In this document: positions 48,587 through 59,580 of the stretch, in pieces
How the letters are laid out: each line of letters opens with the position of its first letter
Numbering within the stretch: the first letter of the stretch is position 1
The notes under the pieces: generated by a model
Database searches by the model: none
What the model saw: only the letters and a program-made list of their open reading frames with translations
Told to the model about the DNA's origin: nothing
Origin: Camelus dromedarius
Taxonomy: Eukaryota
DNA: 64,000 nucleotides
Direction: 5' to 3'
Assembly (NCBI RefSeq): GCF_036321535.1
Contig: NC_087437.1
Location: 120,158,001 to 120,222,000, forward strand
Position numbers and translations under genes: made by a program

Positions 48587-48955
48587 GTCACGGGCTGAAC
48601 TGTGCCTCCCCCCGCCCCCGCTGACACGGGGAAGCCCTAACCCTCAGTCCCTCAGAATGTGACTGTGGTTGGAGAGAAGGCCTTTAAAGAGGTAGCTAAG
48701 TTAAAGTGAAGTTACACTGGTGGGTTCTAACCAAAGGTGGTTTGCGTCCTTGTAAGAGAGGAGATCAGGACAGAGACACACAGAGAAAAGGCCACGTGAG
48801 GACATGGGGGGGAGACGGCCGTCTACACGCCAGGGAGAGGGCCCTCGGGAGAAGCCAGCCTGCCCACACCTGGATCCCCAGTCCAGCCTCCAAACTGTGA
48901 GAGAATAAATGTCTGTGGTCCGAGCCCGCGGCCTCCAGCCCAGCCCACCAAGTAG
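48587..48955 (+). mobile_element. MLT1B-like LTR
   Basis: GGGCTGAACTGTG, CCTCAGAATGTGACTGT, GCCTTTAAAGAGGT, CCAGCCTCCAAACTGTGAGAGAATAAATGTCTG. Confidence 0.88.
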
Positions 48956-50856
48956 GTCTCGGCAGGAGAGAGCTGCCACCAGCCTCGCCGCTCCAGGGAC
49001 TCTCTGGTGTGTGAAGTGCACGTTTGAAGATGTGTTTTAGGAAGATAAATATGAGCCTGTTTTGTTGCTGTTTGTGGCATCTTTTCGGATGTACTAGTGT
49101 GGTTCTGTTGCACGGAGCCCTGGGCATCGCTGGTCCACGTGGTCAGGCTGGGGGCGTGGGGTCAGACGTCCAGTAGTGGGGGAGGGGCCTCCTCCCAGTT
49201 GTCCCTGTGTGTCATTGGATAGCTCGATAGCTTGTTTTGGGGTCAGAATTAACCCAATGCCTTTGTTGGTGGATTCTATTTGCCTTTGTCCAGGAGTCGG
49301 TTACTAAGTATGAACACAGAGGACACATGTTTGGAGGCCTTAAGTGCTGAAGGGCAGAGGGAGGGCCCTGTTCACTCCTGCCAGGGTGAGAGGCCCAGCC
49401 ACTCTACCTCCGTCCATGATGCCCTGACGTCCATGTGGCCTGTCACTTAGCTCCCTTGGCCTGGGAATCCCGAGAAGCTGCATGGTTTCTCCATCAGCTG
49501 CTGAGTGGAGCGGGGGGCTTGTCCCGGGAGCACTGAGGGGGAGGCCTGGCTGTGGAGCTGCGCCGAGTATGCGTGAGCCCCACTGCCCACCCTGGGAGCC
49601 CCCGCCGCTGACCAGGAGGACCAGGAGAGGGGTGGACAGCACTCGGGTCCCCACGCCCTCTTGCTCACAGGGCCTCACTGTGTCCCTCGTCTCACACACA
49701 CACACACACACACAGGGTGGCCGGACGGGGACATGACCTACAGCTAAGTGGTAGGAGGGGGACAGCAGGAAAAGAGGCCTGGCCCGGCCCCAGCCCCGGA
49801 GAGACCCATCAAAACTCCGCCCAAACCCGCAAGCAGGGGCCAATCTCCTTTTAGCAAATTAAAGCCAGAAGACACTGAAAAAGTGGTTGAGAACATCCCT
49901 AATAGGATTGCCTTCCTGCCGGGAGACTTCCAGAAGGTGAGCAATGAAAAATTAGGGGATGACGTAAGACCAAGTTCCCTCGTGTAAATTCCGGCGGAGG
50001 GTCCAGGTCTCCGGGCGTGTGTCTGGATGACGAGTGACCACCGTTGATTTGGGCTCCTCGGAGGAAGCGCCGGTTAGAGTGAGTGAAGGTCTGAGTTACG
50101 GGAGAGCTGACAACAGAGCTGGTTCCAGGGCTCCCAGGGGATAGAGCCACGCGAGGACAGTGGCTCTGTCCCCCAGCAGGGGAACCACAGCAGGATCTGT
50201 GACTGACTTGGCGCTGTGATTAAGCGTCTGTCTCCAAGCAGAAAACATGTTCTCAGGAATGTTTGCGGATCCTTATTTGTCTGGTGGCCAGTTCCCCCGG
50301 GCCATCCTGGTCTGGTGGACGGTAGGAATGGCAGGTGTCATAGGTGTGTGACCCTCACGGTCTCACCTGGCTCCTCCGGCGTCTCAGAGGGAGCCGCCCC
50401 TCCCCGTGCCAGGCAGCCGCCCGGAACACGTTCTCTTGTCCAGGCCACTTCCGTGCGGCGTCCTCCCTCGGCCGTCCAGGTGGCCCCATGGCCACCAGCA
50501 TCGGCCATGACTTGCTGTGACCTTGCTGAGGGCACTGCCCATGGCCAGTGGGCTGTGGTCACCCTGTGGGTCCCTCTGGCCCCACCCCTGCTGCTGAACA
50601 CAGTCCCCAGAGAGCAGAGCTCTGGTTGTTCCCAGGAACCTCCACATTGGGCCAAAGCAGTTGGCTTCTCACCCTGTCTAGGCCTGGAAGGGCCCCATGG
50701 AGTGACAGGGACCCTGTTCTGCACTGAGACGCCATGTCACAAAGCTCTGAGACTGGGCTGGGTCAGCAGGGAGAGAAGGGGTCCCGGGAGCGAGGCTTCG
50801 CCGGCCACCGCCCGCCGCTGTACTGGGCTTCCTGCCACGGGCAGTATTTAAACTGA

Positions 50857-50950
50857 TTCACTCACTTTTGCTTGTTTGTCCATTCACTGAATTCAGATGG
50901 ACGCCGACCCTGTGCCTGGCACTGGGGCTGCACCAGGGACCTTGACCGCC
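50857..50950 (-). mobile_element. L2 tail fragment
   Basis: ATTCACTCAC..CATTCACT..CTGTGCCTGGCACTGGG. Confidence 0.5.
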
Positions 50951-52325
50951 TCTGACCTCCCGGGGCTTAGATCCGCGTGGGGGAGACCACCCGCTGGGGC
51001 GTGGACAGTCAGTAACGAGGGGGAGGGTGACGCTGAGTGGGGTCAGCAAGAGACAGGGTGGGGTGGCAGCCCTCTCGCTGGGTGGCCAGGAGGGCCCTGG
51101 GAGAGGGGGCACTTCTGCAAGACCCAATGAGGAGGTGCCCTGGGGCTGCCCCAGAGCAGAGGGCAGGGCAGGCGTCCAGCTGGACACCAGCTGGGCCAGC
51201 GCGACTGCAGGGGTGCGAGCCGGTGGGAGCGGCTGGAGCCGGGTGTGGGGAGGGGCAGATCCTGTGTGGCCTGTGTGTGCAGAGGGGACCTGACCTCCTC
51301 TGTAGCATGGGTGGGGGTCCTGGTGTGTAAGTGGGCAGAGCCTGTGCCATGAAGGAAGTCCCCATGGGTGCCCCGGGGGTCTGCAACCCCTCAACACGGA
51401 GCGCTTGCAGCCCCAGCCAGGTGGTGGCTGTCCCCAGCAAGAGACAAGCATGCCTTGCCCCAGGCCTGTCCCTGCTGTCTGTGCAGCCATCTCCTCCCCC
51501 ATCCCTGCTGTGATGACATGGGGCCCAGGGCGCTCCACTCGCCCATCAGTCCCTGCCACTGTCCAGCTCCTGTGACCTGGGGTTCCTCCCGCCACCTCCC
51601 TTCCCCAGTGCCCTTCCCCTTCTGGCAGCTACTGTCCCCTTTTGTGCTGTGGGGGCAGGAGACTCTTACAAAGCACAGTCCCCACCTCCTTTCACAAGAA
51701 AAGAACCCAACATCCACTGGCCCGAATCCAGGCAGCACCCGGAGCTGCCGGACTCGCTCTGCCCTGACCGGCTGGCCGTGGCCTCCTCTGTGGTTCTGCA
51801 GGGCTCACCACGTGGCTCTGCAGCTTCGCGGGTCCTTTGTGAGAATCGATGTCTCCGGGGGTTTCATCTGACCTTCTCGAGATGCACAGTTTTCCTCCAG
51901 GTCCCAAGTCACTGTGTGGACATCTGTGACCTCAGCTGGGATCCCAGAGCTGAGCCGGCCGGAAAGGGGAGCAGCTCATCCCAGACGCAGGGGGCGGGTG
52001 ATGTTTCCCCAACACTATGTCCAGCTGGGGTGGAGGTGAGGCGTGTCCATAAGCCGGCCGCTGCCCTGACACCTGCCTGGACCACCACACAGCACGCCCA
52101 GTCACTCCCTGCCCCACGATGCCCTGGGGCGCTTGGCTGGGGTGAAAGAGGAGAGATGCCAGGATGGCCGTGTCCCAAGAGCAGCAGGAGGGAGCAGGGC
52201 ATTTAGGACCGGGCTGCTCCAACCCCAGGCCCAGGGCTCCCGTGGGAGTCCCCCTGCTGGACCTGTGGCTACAAAGCTCTGCGGCCCTTGTCGGTCTCCT
52301 GCAGGCCTGATCTCCAGGAGAAGAA

Positions 52326-52366
52326 GGGTGGGCTGGGGGCTGGGGGCTGGGGGCTGGGGGCTGGGC
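52326..52366 (+). repeat. (GGGGGCT)n heptamer array, G-quadruplex-capable
   Basis: GGGTGGGCTGGGGGCTGGGGGCTGGGGGCTGGGGGCTGGG. Confidence 0.9.
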
Positions 52367-52557
52367 GGTGGTCAGGTCTGTGCCCCCAGGCTCAGGCCCG
52401 CAGGGCTCAGTAAGGGATGAAGGAGCGGGTGGGGGACGACTTGACCCACTGGGAAGGCTGGGGGAGCCTGTGGGGGAGGGGAGGGGGCAAACAGAGTCCT
52501 GGCCCTGCCTGAGGCCTCCTCCAGGGACACCTCTGCCCGGACTGGACATACACGATG

Positions 52558-53000
52558 GCATGTCAGTTTCCTGTGGCCGCCGTAACAAAGTCCTACAGGC
52601 TGAGTGGCTTAAAACAGCAGATATGTGTTCTCTCACCTTTCACAGCTCTGGAGGTCAGAAGTCTGAAATCAAGGTGTCAGGAGGGCAGTGCTCCTCCTAA
52701 TGTCCCATGTCCCCCGGCATCTGGTGCTGCCAAAAACCCTCGTCCTCCTTGGCTCATAGAAGCATCGCTCCCAGCACAGCCGCTGCCATGCAGAGCCGCC
52801 TCCACCTGCGTGCCTGTCTCCTGTCATCCTGCAAGGACCCACCCTCCTCCAGTCTGGCCTCCTCTTAACTAATTACATCCTCAAAGACCCATTTCCCCAG
52901 CAGGTCACAGTCAGGGTGCAGAGGTTAGGTTGGGGACAGTCAGGGTACCGAGGTTATCATGTGGGTATATCTTTTGGGGGAACGGAATTCAACCCATGAC
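52558..53000 (-). mobile_element. MLT1C/D-like LTR
   Basis: CAGTTTCCTGTGGCCGCCGTAACAAA, GTGGCTTAAAACA, CTGGAGGTCAGAAGTCTGAAATCAAGGTGTCAG, ATTCAACCCATGACA. Confidence 0.9.
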
Positions 53001-55994
53001 AGATGACAAAGTGATCCCCTCCCTTTGAAGAGCCAGACTGGATGGAAACACAGAGGGTGGGCCACAGAGATGTGGCCTGTGGCTCAGTCCTCACCGCCCG
53101 GTCACCAGGCGTGGCCCAGGCCAGCTGCTGTCGCCAGCACCCTGGGGACACTCATGCTGTCCCCTGCTGCACGGCTGTCCTGAGGGTCACTAGGGCTGCC
53201 CGTTTCAGTGCCTTTGTGAGGACGCCCCAGCACAGAGACCAGCCCCGGCACCACCCAGCGGGGACATCTCCCTGCAAACGCTCCCCTGGGAAACTAAGCA
53301 GGTGTGAGAGGCTCGCAGCGGGGCTGCACGCAAAGTGCATCCTCATCTGTGAGGTGGACGCGGCAGTGCCCGAGTCCCAGCGAGGCGGGGACTGGAGGGG
53401 ATGCCTGCGGAGCAGCCAGTGAGTCACCTGGTGCAGGGCAGGAACAAGTAAGTGCTGATGAGCGTCACTAATAAAGCTGTGCCGGGGGCTGCGCGGCCGC
53501 GTGCCACGGCGCAGCTGACCTTGAGCCGAGGCACGTGGGAACCTGACTCCCAGCCGGGAGGGGACCGCGCACTTGCTGAGTCCTGGAGGGCTGCACCAGC
53601 ACCGCCGCGTGTCCGCCCCCCAACCCCCGCCCCCGGCGCCCTGGAGTTCTCCTGAGCTGGCGACTTCCCCGGGGCTCCCTGACCTTGCTGTCACGGACCA
53701 GAACCACACCCTCCAGAACTGGTTCTCCTGAGCCCAGGGCCGGGCAGGGCAGAAACTGAACAGGCTGCACCCAGGAATGCAAATGGCCCTGCCCGAGAAA
53801 AGGGAAGGCTGTCCGGCTGCAGCCCAGAACTGGCCGCCCCTGCCCGCCCACACAGCTGGCACAGGAAGTCCTCCTGCCTCAGGGTCAGCTCTTTGTCTTA
53901 TTTTTGGAGGGGGGCAGGGAGGGGTTGTCCCTTATTTGTGACACCCAGTGCTAACTGGGCTCACGGGACGGCTGCTCTGTCCCCCAGCCCTGCAGTCCCC
54001 TCTTGTCCATCTGGCCATGGCAACCCGGGGGGCCCCGTGGTGACCAAGGCCCAGAGCTGGACAAGCCAGATGGCAAGAGGGCACTGCCAGCTACTCCACC
54101 AGGGCTCACGTGGCCACAGGGTGGAAGGTTCCCAGCTACAAGGATGCTCTGGGATCCGAGGCCTTGGGCAGCTGGGACAGGGCTGTGGGAGAGAGGTGAG
54201 GACACTGGGGTGGGGGGCAGTCCTTGAAGGAGGAGCACTGCTCTGTCCACTCCTCAGCCCCCATGACAAACAGGGCCTCCCTCAGAGGAAGCCGTGGACA
54301 GCTGGCCCTGGAAGGACCACGGGTCATCGCAGGAAGGGGAGGCCCCTGGTGTTTCCGGGCAGGAGGGGCCGACAGGGCTGATGGGGGAGCCCTGCCCCTG
54401 GGCGTGGACACCCAGAGGCCCCTGCCCAGTTGTGAGTTTCACAGTGGCCGCCGGGCAGCTGTGGGGAGAGGCCCTTGCAGGAATCCTGCTGTGGCTGGAG
54501 TCTGCCGAGCTTGACCGCCACCTCACAGGGGGCCGTCTGTTGCCATCGGGGGTGGCCTCTGCCTGCTGCTGGCTGGTGAGCGAAGGCTAATAACACAGTT
54601 AACGTAGGTCCAGGACCAGCTAATCGTCTGTCCCCGTATCAATACGTGTATATTGACCTGAAGGAGGACAGTTAAGTGTGTTCAGAATTTGCCTCAAAGC
54701 CTCCAGCAGTGCATCTGAGAGCTCTCCTCCCGCCCCTCACCCCCCGCCACATCACCTTCCCCACCCCTGACGGTTACACGCATCCTCACGCCCGTCTGAA
54801 TCAGGAGATGAGACCAGCGTGCTGCAGGTTTTGAAGCACCCACGCATCTTTATTTCCACCTCCAAATTACTGTTTGCAACGTCTAAATGAGACTTTAAAG
54901 ATGCGCTTTGAAACTAAGCTCACTGAAATAGGAAGCTGCCCCTGCTGTGATCGCCAGGAGTCCCCAGGGACCCTCTCGCCTTCCAGATGTGAGGACATTC
55001 TACAAAGGAAATAACCGTATTTCATTTTTCACATCTCACATGCTAGCTTCTCTTTCACGAGGTGTTAGCACCGTAGAATGATTTGCAAGCTCTATAAATG
55101 TTGACGTCTGCCCCAGGCCTTCCTCTCCCCATCCCTGAGCTGGGGAACGGCTGTTTCAGGGACTCTGTTTACGAGACAAAGAACCAAATTAAGTGGGTTC
55201 GACTGGGAGACGGAGGCACGGCTTTCTCTGGAGTGTCTGAGTCCTTCAGACGGCTGTACGCCGGGGTCACCGGCCCCATGACACTCCACCTTCTCCCTGA
55301 GCGCAGGGAGAGGACACCTGCATGAACGTGAGGAGGACCGTGTGTGTCCCCGGGGGCTCTGAGCCCATTTTCCTCTGGTCCAGGCCCACCCTGTGGGAAT
55401 GAGGCCGGCCTATCCCTGCAGCCGGGAGCTCGGGCCTACGTGCCGGCTGCCCAGCCGCTGCTGGGCCCATCCTGGGACAGCTCAGGGACACCCAGGCCCG
55501 GAAGGACATTCTCCAGGACGGCCACACCTCTTCTTGAAGAGAAGCCCCGCACCGCCAGCAAAAAGCACCCCATTTCTCAGGGTTTCTCAGGGCTGAGTAG
55601 CCTTGGAATGCACCCATTTATGAGTTAAGACCCAAGACTAAGCTCCTGGTAAGACTGTGGGAAGGTCCAGAAAGCAGGTCGGCAGGGCACGTGAAGCCCT
55701 GCTGGGAAACGCCGCGGGTCACGCGGAACAGCCGCGTGAAGCTGGGAGGCTCCTCGGACCTTCTCTGGTTGGATTCCACTGGAGCGTGCGTGCGGGGGAG
55801 GGGGGCGGCCGGTGGGGATGGCGCGACCCAGCCACCATGTCACAGACACCACGTGTCCTCATCACAGACTCGATGCCCTCACAGCAGATCCCAGCAGCCA
55901 TGGCTCTTACCTTGCCAGCTTCCTCTCTTCTCTTTTTTAATTAAAATATCTTTTTCTAATGATGATTTTCTGTTTCCTTTTAGCAAGTTAAAAA

Positions 55995-56570
55995 ACTGTT
56001 TGTTTAATTGTGGTGAAATACGCAATGTAAAATCTCTCATCTTAACCATTTTTAAATGCTCAGCTCAGTGGCACTCAGTCCATTCACGCTGTTGGGCAAC
56101 CATCACTCGTCTCCAGAGTTTCCATCTTCCCAGCAGACACTCTGTCCCCATTAAACACTCACTGCCCCTCCCACCCCCGGCCCCGGACCCCCTCTCCTGC
56201 TTTCTGTCTCCATGAGTCTGACTCCTCCAGGGACCTGATGTAAGTGATCAGACAGTGTTTGTCCTTCTGGGTCTGCCCCGCGTCACTGAGCACGACGCCC
56301 TCCGGGCTCATCTGTGTGGCAGCCTGTCAGTGTACTTCCTGTTTCAGGCCGAGTTATAGTCCACGTGTGGCTGGACCACAGAGCTCATCCGCCCGTCTGC
56401 CCAGGGACACCTGGGCTGTCTCTCCCCCGGGCTGTTGTGAGCAACGCCGCTATGAACACAGACGTACAGATATGAGCTTCAGTTTCTGCTTTCAGTTCTT
56501 TTGGGTCTATGTCCACAAATGGAATTCCTGAAGGATGTGGTAGTTCTACACTTAATTTTTTGAGACTTTA
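55995..56570 (-). mobile_element. L1MB-like 3' end
   Basis: TAATTGTGGTGAAATAC, CATCTTAACCATTTTTAAATG, CTGTCCCCATTAAACA, CTTTCTGTCTCCATGAGTCTGACT. Confidence 0.88.
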
Positions 56571-57074
56571 GGGTTTCTTTGGAAGTTTCCCTAATATTTT
56601 TATAATAATGTCACCTAACTAATATGACAAAAAAATTCTCATTTCTCATTCTGGGGCCACATCAGGATGATTTGCACACGGTGTAAATGGGCCCGAATCC
56701 AGCTGCGAGGCCAGGCCCTGAGCCTGAGCAGAGGCTCTGGGTATGTGTTGGCTCCCAAGGCGGGGGGGACAGGGAGGGTCCTCTCAAGAAGAACAGTATT
56801 TTTTCATGGACTGTTCAGAATTACAGCACATGGTAATAAGAGTTGATTTTACTATTGTTTTAAAATTCTCTATGGATAATACATCCTCTAGTTGCCTGCC
56901 AAGTGCAAAGAGTGAGGTGCAGAGCAGGGCACGCCCATGCTTCCCGGGACACACATGCTTCCATGGGGCATGCACGCACTCCCAGGGACACACGGAACCC
57001 CAGGGGCGTGCAGGGTGCCCCCGGGGACCCACAGAACCTCACGACAGCGGCGTATCTAGAGACGGTTGGCACGC

Positions 57075-57495
57075 GGATGTGATGTCCCTGGGTCGCAGTT
57101 ATCCAAGTTCCACACACTAGTGGCTAAGAAAACACATTTATTCTTTCATGGTTCTAGAGGCCAGAAGTCCAAAACCCAGGGAGTCAGCAGGGCCACACTG
57201 CCCCTGGCCTCCAGGGGAGGGTACTGTTCTTCCTCCTTCAGCTTCTGGTGGCTCCCGGCATGCGTGGCGTGTGGCCGCACCCCTCCAGCCTCTGCTTCCG
57301 TCTCCACGCGGCTTCCCCTCCCTGCGTCTGTCGTCTCCCTTCTCTTCTCACCCACGAACGCTTGACAGGGCTTGGCCCTACCCCAGTCCAGGACGGCCTC
57401 ACCTGGACGTCTGCAAAGACCCCTTTTCCAATGAAGTCACATTCCTGGGCTCTGAGTGGACGTACCTTTTAGGGGCCACCATTCCACCCGCTACG
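57075..57495 (-). mobile_element. MLT1C-like LTR
   Basis: GTTCTAGAGGCCAGAAGTCCAAAA, CAGCTTCTGGTGGCTCC, TCTGCAAAGACCCCTTTTCCAA. Confidence 0.85.
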
Positions 57496-58341
57496 GTTGG
57501 AAACTGAGGAAAGAAAGATAGAGGTGTTGTGTCTGGGATTTCATGCCCTGTCTTAGAATGACCGATTATCAAGATGGTTAGCTCCAAGTGTCTCTGGTGT
57601 TGGGGAGGTCTGTGCAGAAGTGTCCAGGCCGCGTGGCTTTCCTGACGGAGGAGGGGCAGGAGGCATCCCTGCGGCTCAGGACAGGCCGGGAACCCCAAGA
57701 CCAGCGACCTCCCCAGGGCACTCTTCTCATTTCGCAGGGTGGAGGCCATCTCTCCTCAAATGTCTGTATTTAAATTAAATCTCTTCTTTTTATCATGCAA
57801 ATATTCATTACTTCAAACACTTGTCATTTTCACGTTAAGTCATTCATCTCTTATTTTAACTGACCTCCAGCTCCGAACAACACACGCACATGCTGCTAGC
57901 TGGGGCGCCAGGGATGACCCTCCTCCCTCCCCCCGTGGTGCCAGGAGCAGCCTGATCCGTTTCTGGCCCAGGCCACACTCCCCCCTCTCCCAGCTTTGCC
58001 GCACAAAGGGTTTCTGTCACCCATGGGGCCCCAAGAGTTTGCATGTTCTGAAAGCTTGAGTCACTGAAATGCAAACTATTCCACGCAAATGTTCTGAGAG
58101 TTATTCAAGTCACTGCTCCATTCGGAGGGCGTTTCGCGTTTCTCGGTGCTGCCCTCACCCTCCTGACCTCCCTCTGTTCCTCGTTTGCCTTGAGGACAAG
58201 GGTGAGCCAGGCTCCTGCCCCTCCCCGCCCACCGCCACCAGCTTCCCCTGATTTCTCCCTGTGTCCTGGCACCGGCCGCTTTGGGGCTAGAGAGGCACTG
58301 GGGGCTTCCACCTCTGTCCTCAGCCTGGACCGTCTGTGTAT

Positions 58342-58576
58342 CAGAGGTTCTCAACAGGGTGTTGAGGATGGGGACACGTGGGGATGAGGACCTGGATGTG
58401 TGGCGATGTCTGCAGACGTTTCGGTTGTCTCCACGCAGGGAGGTGCTATTGGCCTCTAGTGGGTGGAGGCCAGGGAGGGTGGAGGCCAGCGAGGGTGCTA
58501 GAGCCTAGTGCAGGGCAGCCCCACACCGAGGATTTCCTGGCCCCGAATGTTACCAGCGCTGGGTGGGAACCACTGA
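58342..58576. mobile_element. MER20 DNA transposon
   Basis: CAGAGGTTCTCAAC...GGCGATGTCTGCAGACGTTTCGGTTGTC..GTGCTATTGGCCTCTAGTGGGTGGAGGCCAGGGA...GAACCACTG, with inverted termini. Confidence 0.85.
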
Positions 58577-59090
58577 CCTGAACTACGCCAGACACAGGAG
58601 TCAGGGCAGGCGTTAAGGGCCATCAAGCAGCAACCGGTGTGGAGGCTGCCAAGGCCAGAGGACCTTCATTTGGGGCTTAAGGATTGGAATTTGGGAGACA
58701 CGAGCTTTCCAGGGAAGAGAACCAGCCAGGGGTTTATAAAGGCGAAAGCCATGAAGCTGTCTGTGCTCTGACAAGTGTCCTTCACGGGTGGCTCTCATAG
58801 GGTGGGGGTCCCATAGGTGTCCCAAGTGTGTGGCAGGTGTCCTGGACGCCGACGTTGGACAAGAAGGGGTCACAGGGTCAGATTCCATCCCCGTCCTCAG
58901 TGGCCTCCCAGCTTCATTTGAGAGGCTCTCCGAGCAACAACAACTCCATTTTGATTTTCCCTCCACAGACATCGGGGACAGACGGTGAATCCTGTCCCCC
59001 CTCACCAGGCCTGCGGAGGGACCACCGGAGGACCTGTGAGTGTGTGAGGATGGGTCCGTTCTGGGGACCTTTGTCCATTATGATGGCTGG

Positions 59091-59580
59091 TGTCGACAAA
59101 AATAACCAGCAAACAAGCAATGATTAGAATAGAAGAGTTTTATCTGAGCCAAACTGAGGACCAGCCCGGAAGCCCGCTTCCCAGCCTCCTCCGAGAAACC
59201 GCTCCGGAGAAGCAGGGCTCCCAGCACAGCTTTGCGTCTTGTCAGAACAAAGAGCATTCGGCAAGTCAGGGATGTGTCCCTTCAAGGTTTCAAAAAAAGG
59301 AGCAGCCAGGCAGACGCAGCGAGTCAGCGCGGCCTCGGCACCTGGCGGGGTCTCGTCACCGAAGGAGGCCCGGCGCTGGCGCCCGGGGAGGGCGCTTCAT
59401 CTGTGTTTTCAACACGGACCTTCTTTCCTTCTGGTCAGCGTGCCCTTTTCTGTGGTAACTGAAGCCGATGGACGGTGCGTGTTTGACGGGCCGCAGGTGC
59501 TGTTTCGGTCAGCATCAGGTTCAAGGGCGCCCACGCACAAGCCGTAACCACTTCCCTGTATGTGAACAGGTCTCATATCA
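59091..59580 (-). mobile_element. ERV1-type solo LTR (family A, copy 2) with 4-bp TSD
   Basis: TGTCGAC...ATATCA termini; CTGG duplicated at 59087-59090 and 59581-59584; reverse-complement homolog of 30764-31276. Confidence 0.92.

Noticed and set aside
30764..59580. Homologous LTR pair as the ends of a provirus
   Set aside because: They are in opposite orientation, ~28 kb apart, the second has its own TSD, and there is no gag/pol/env between them.
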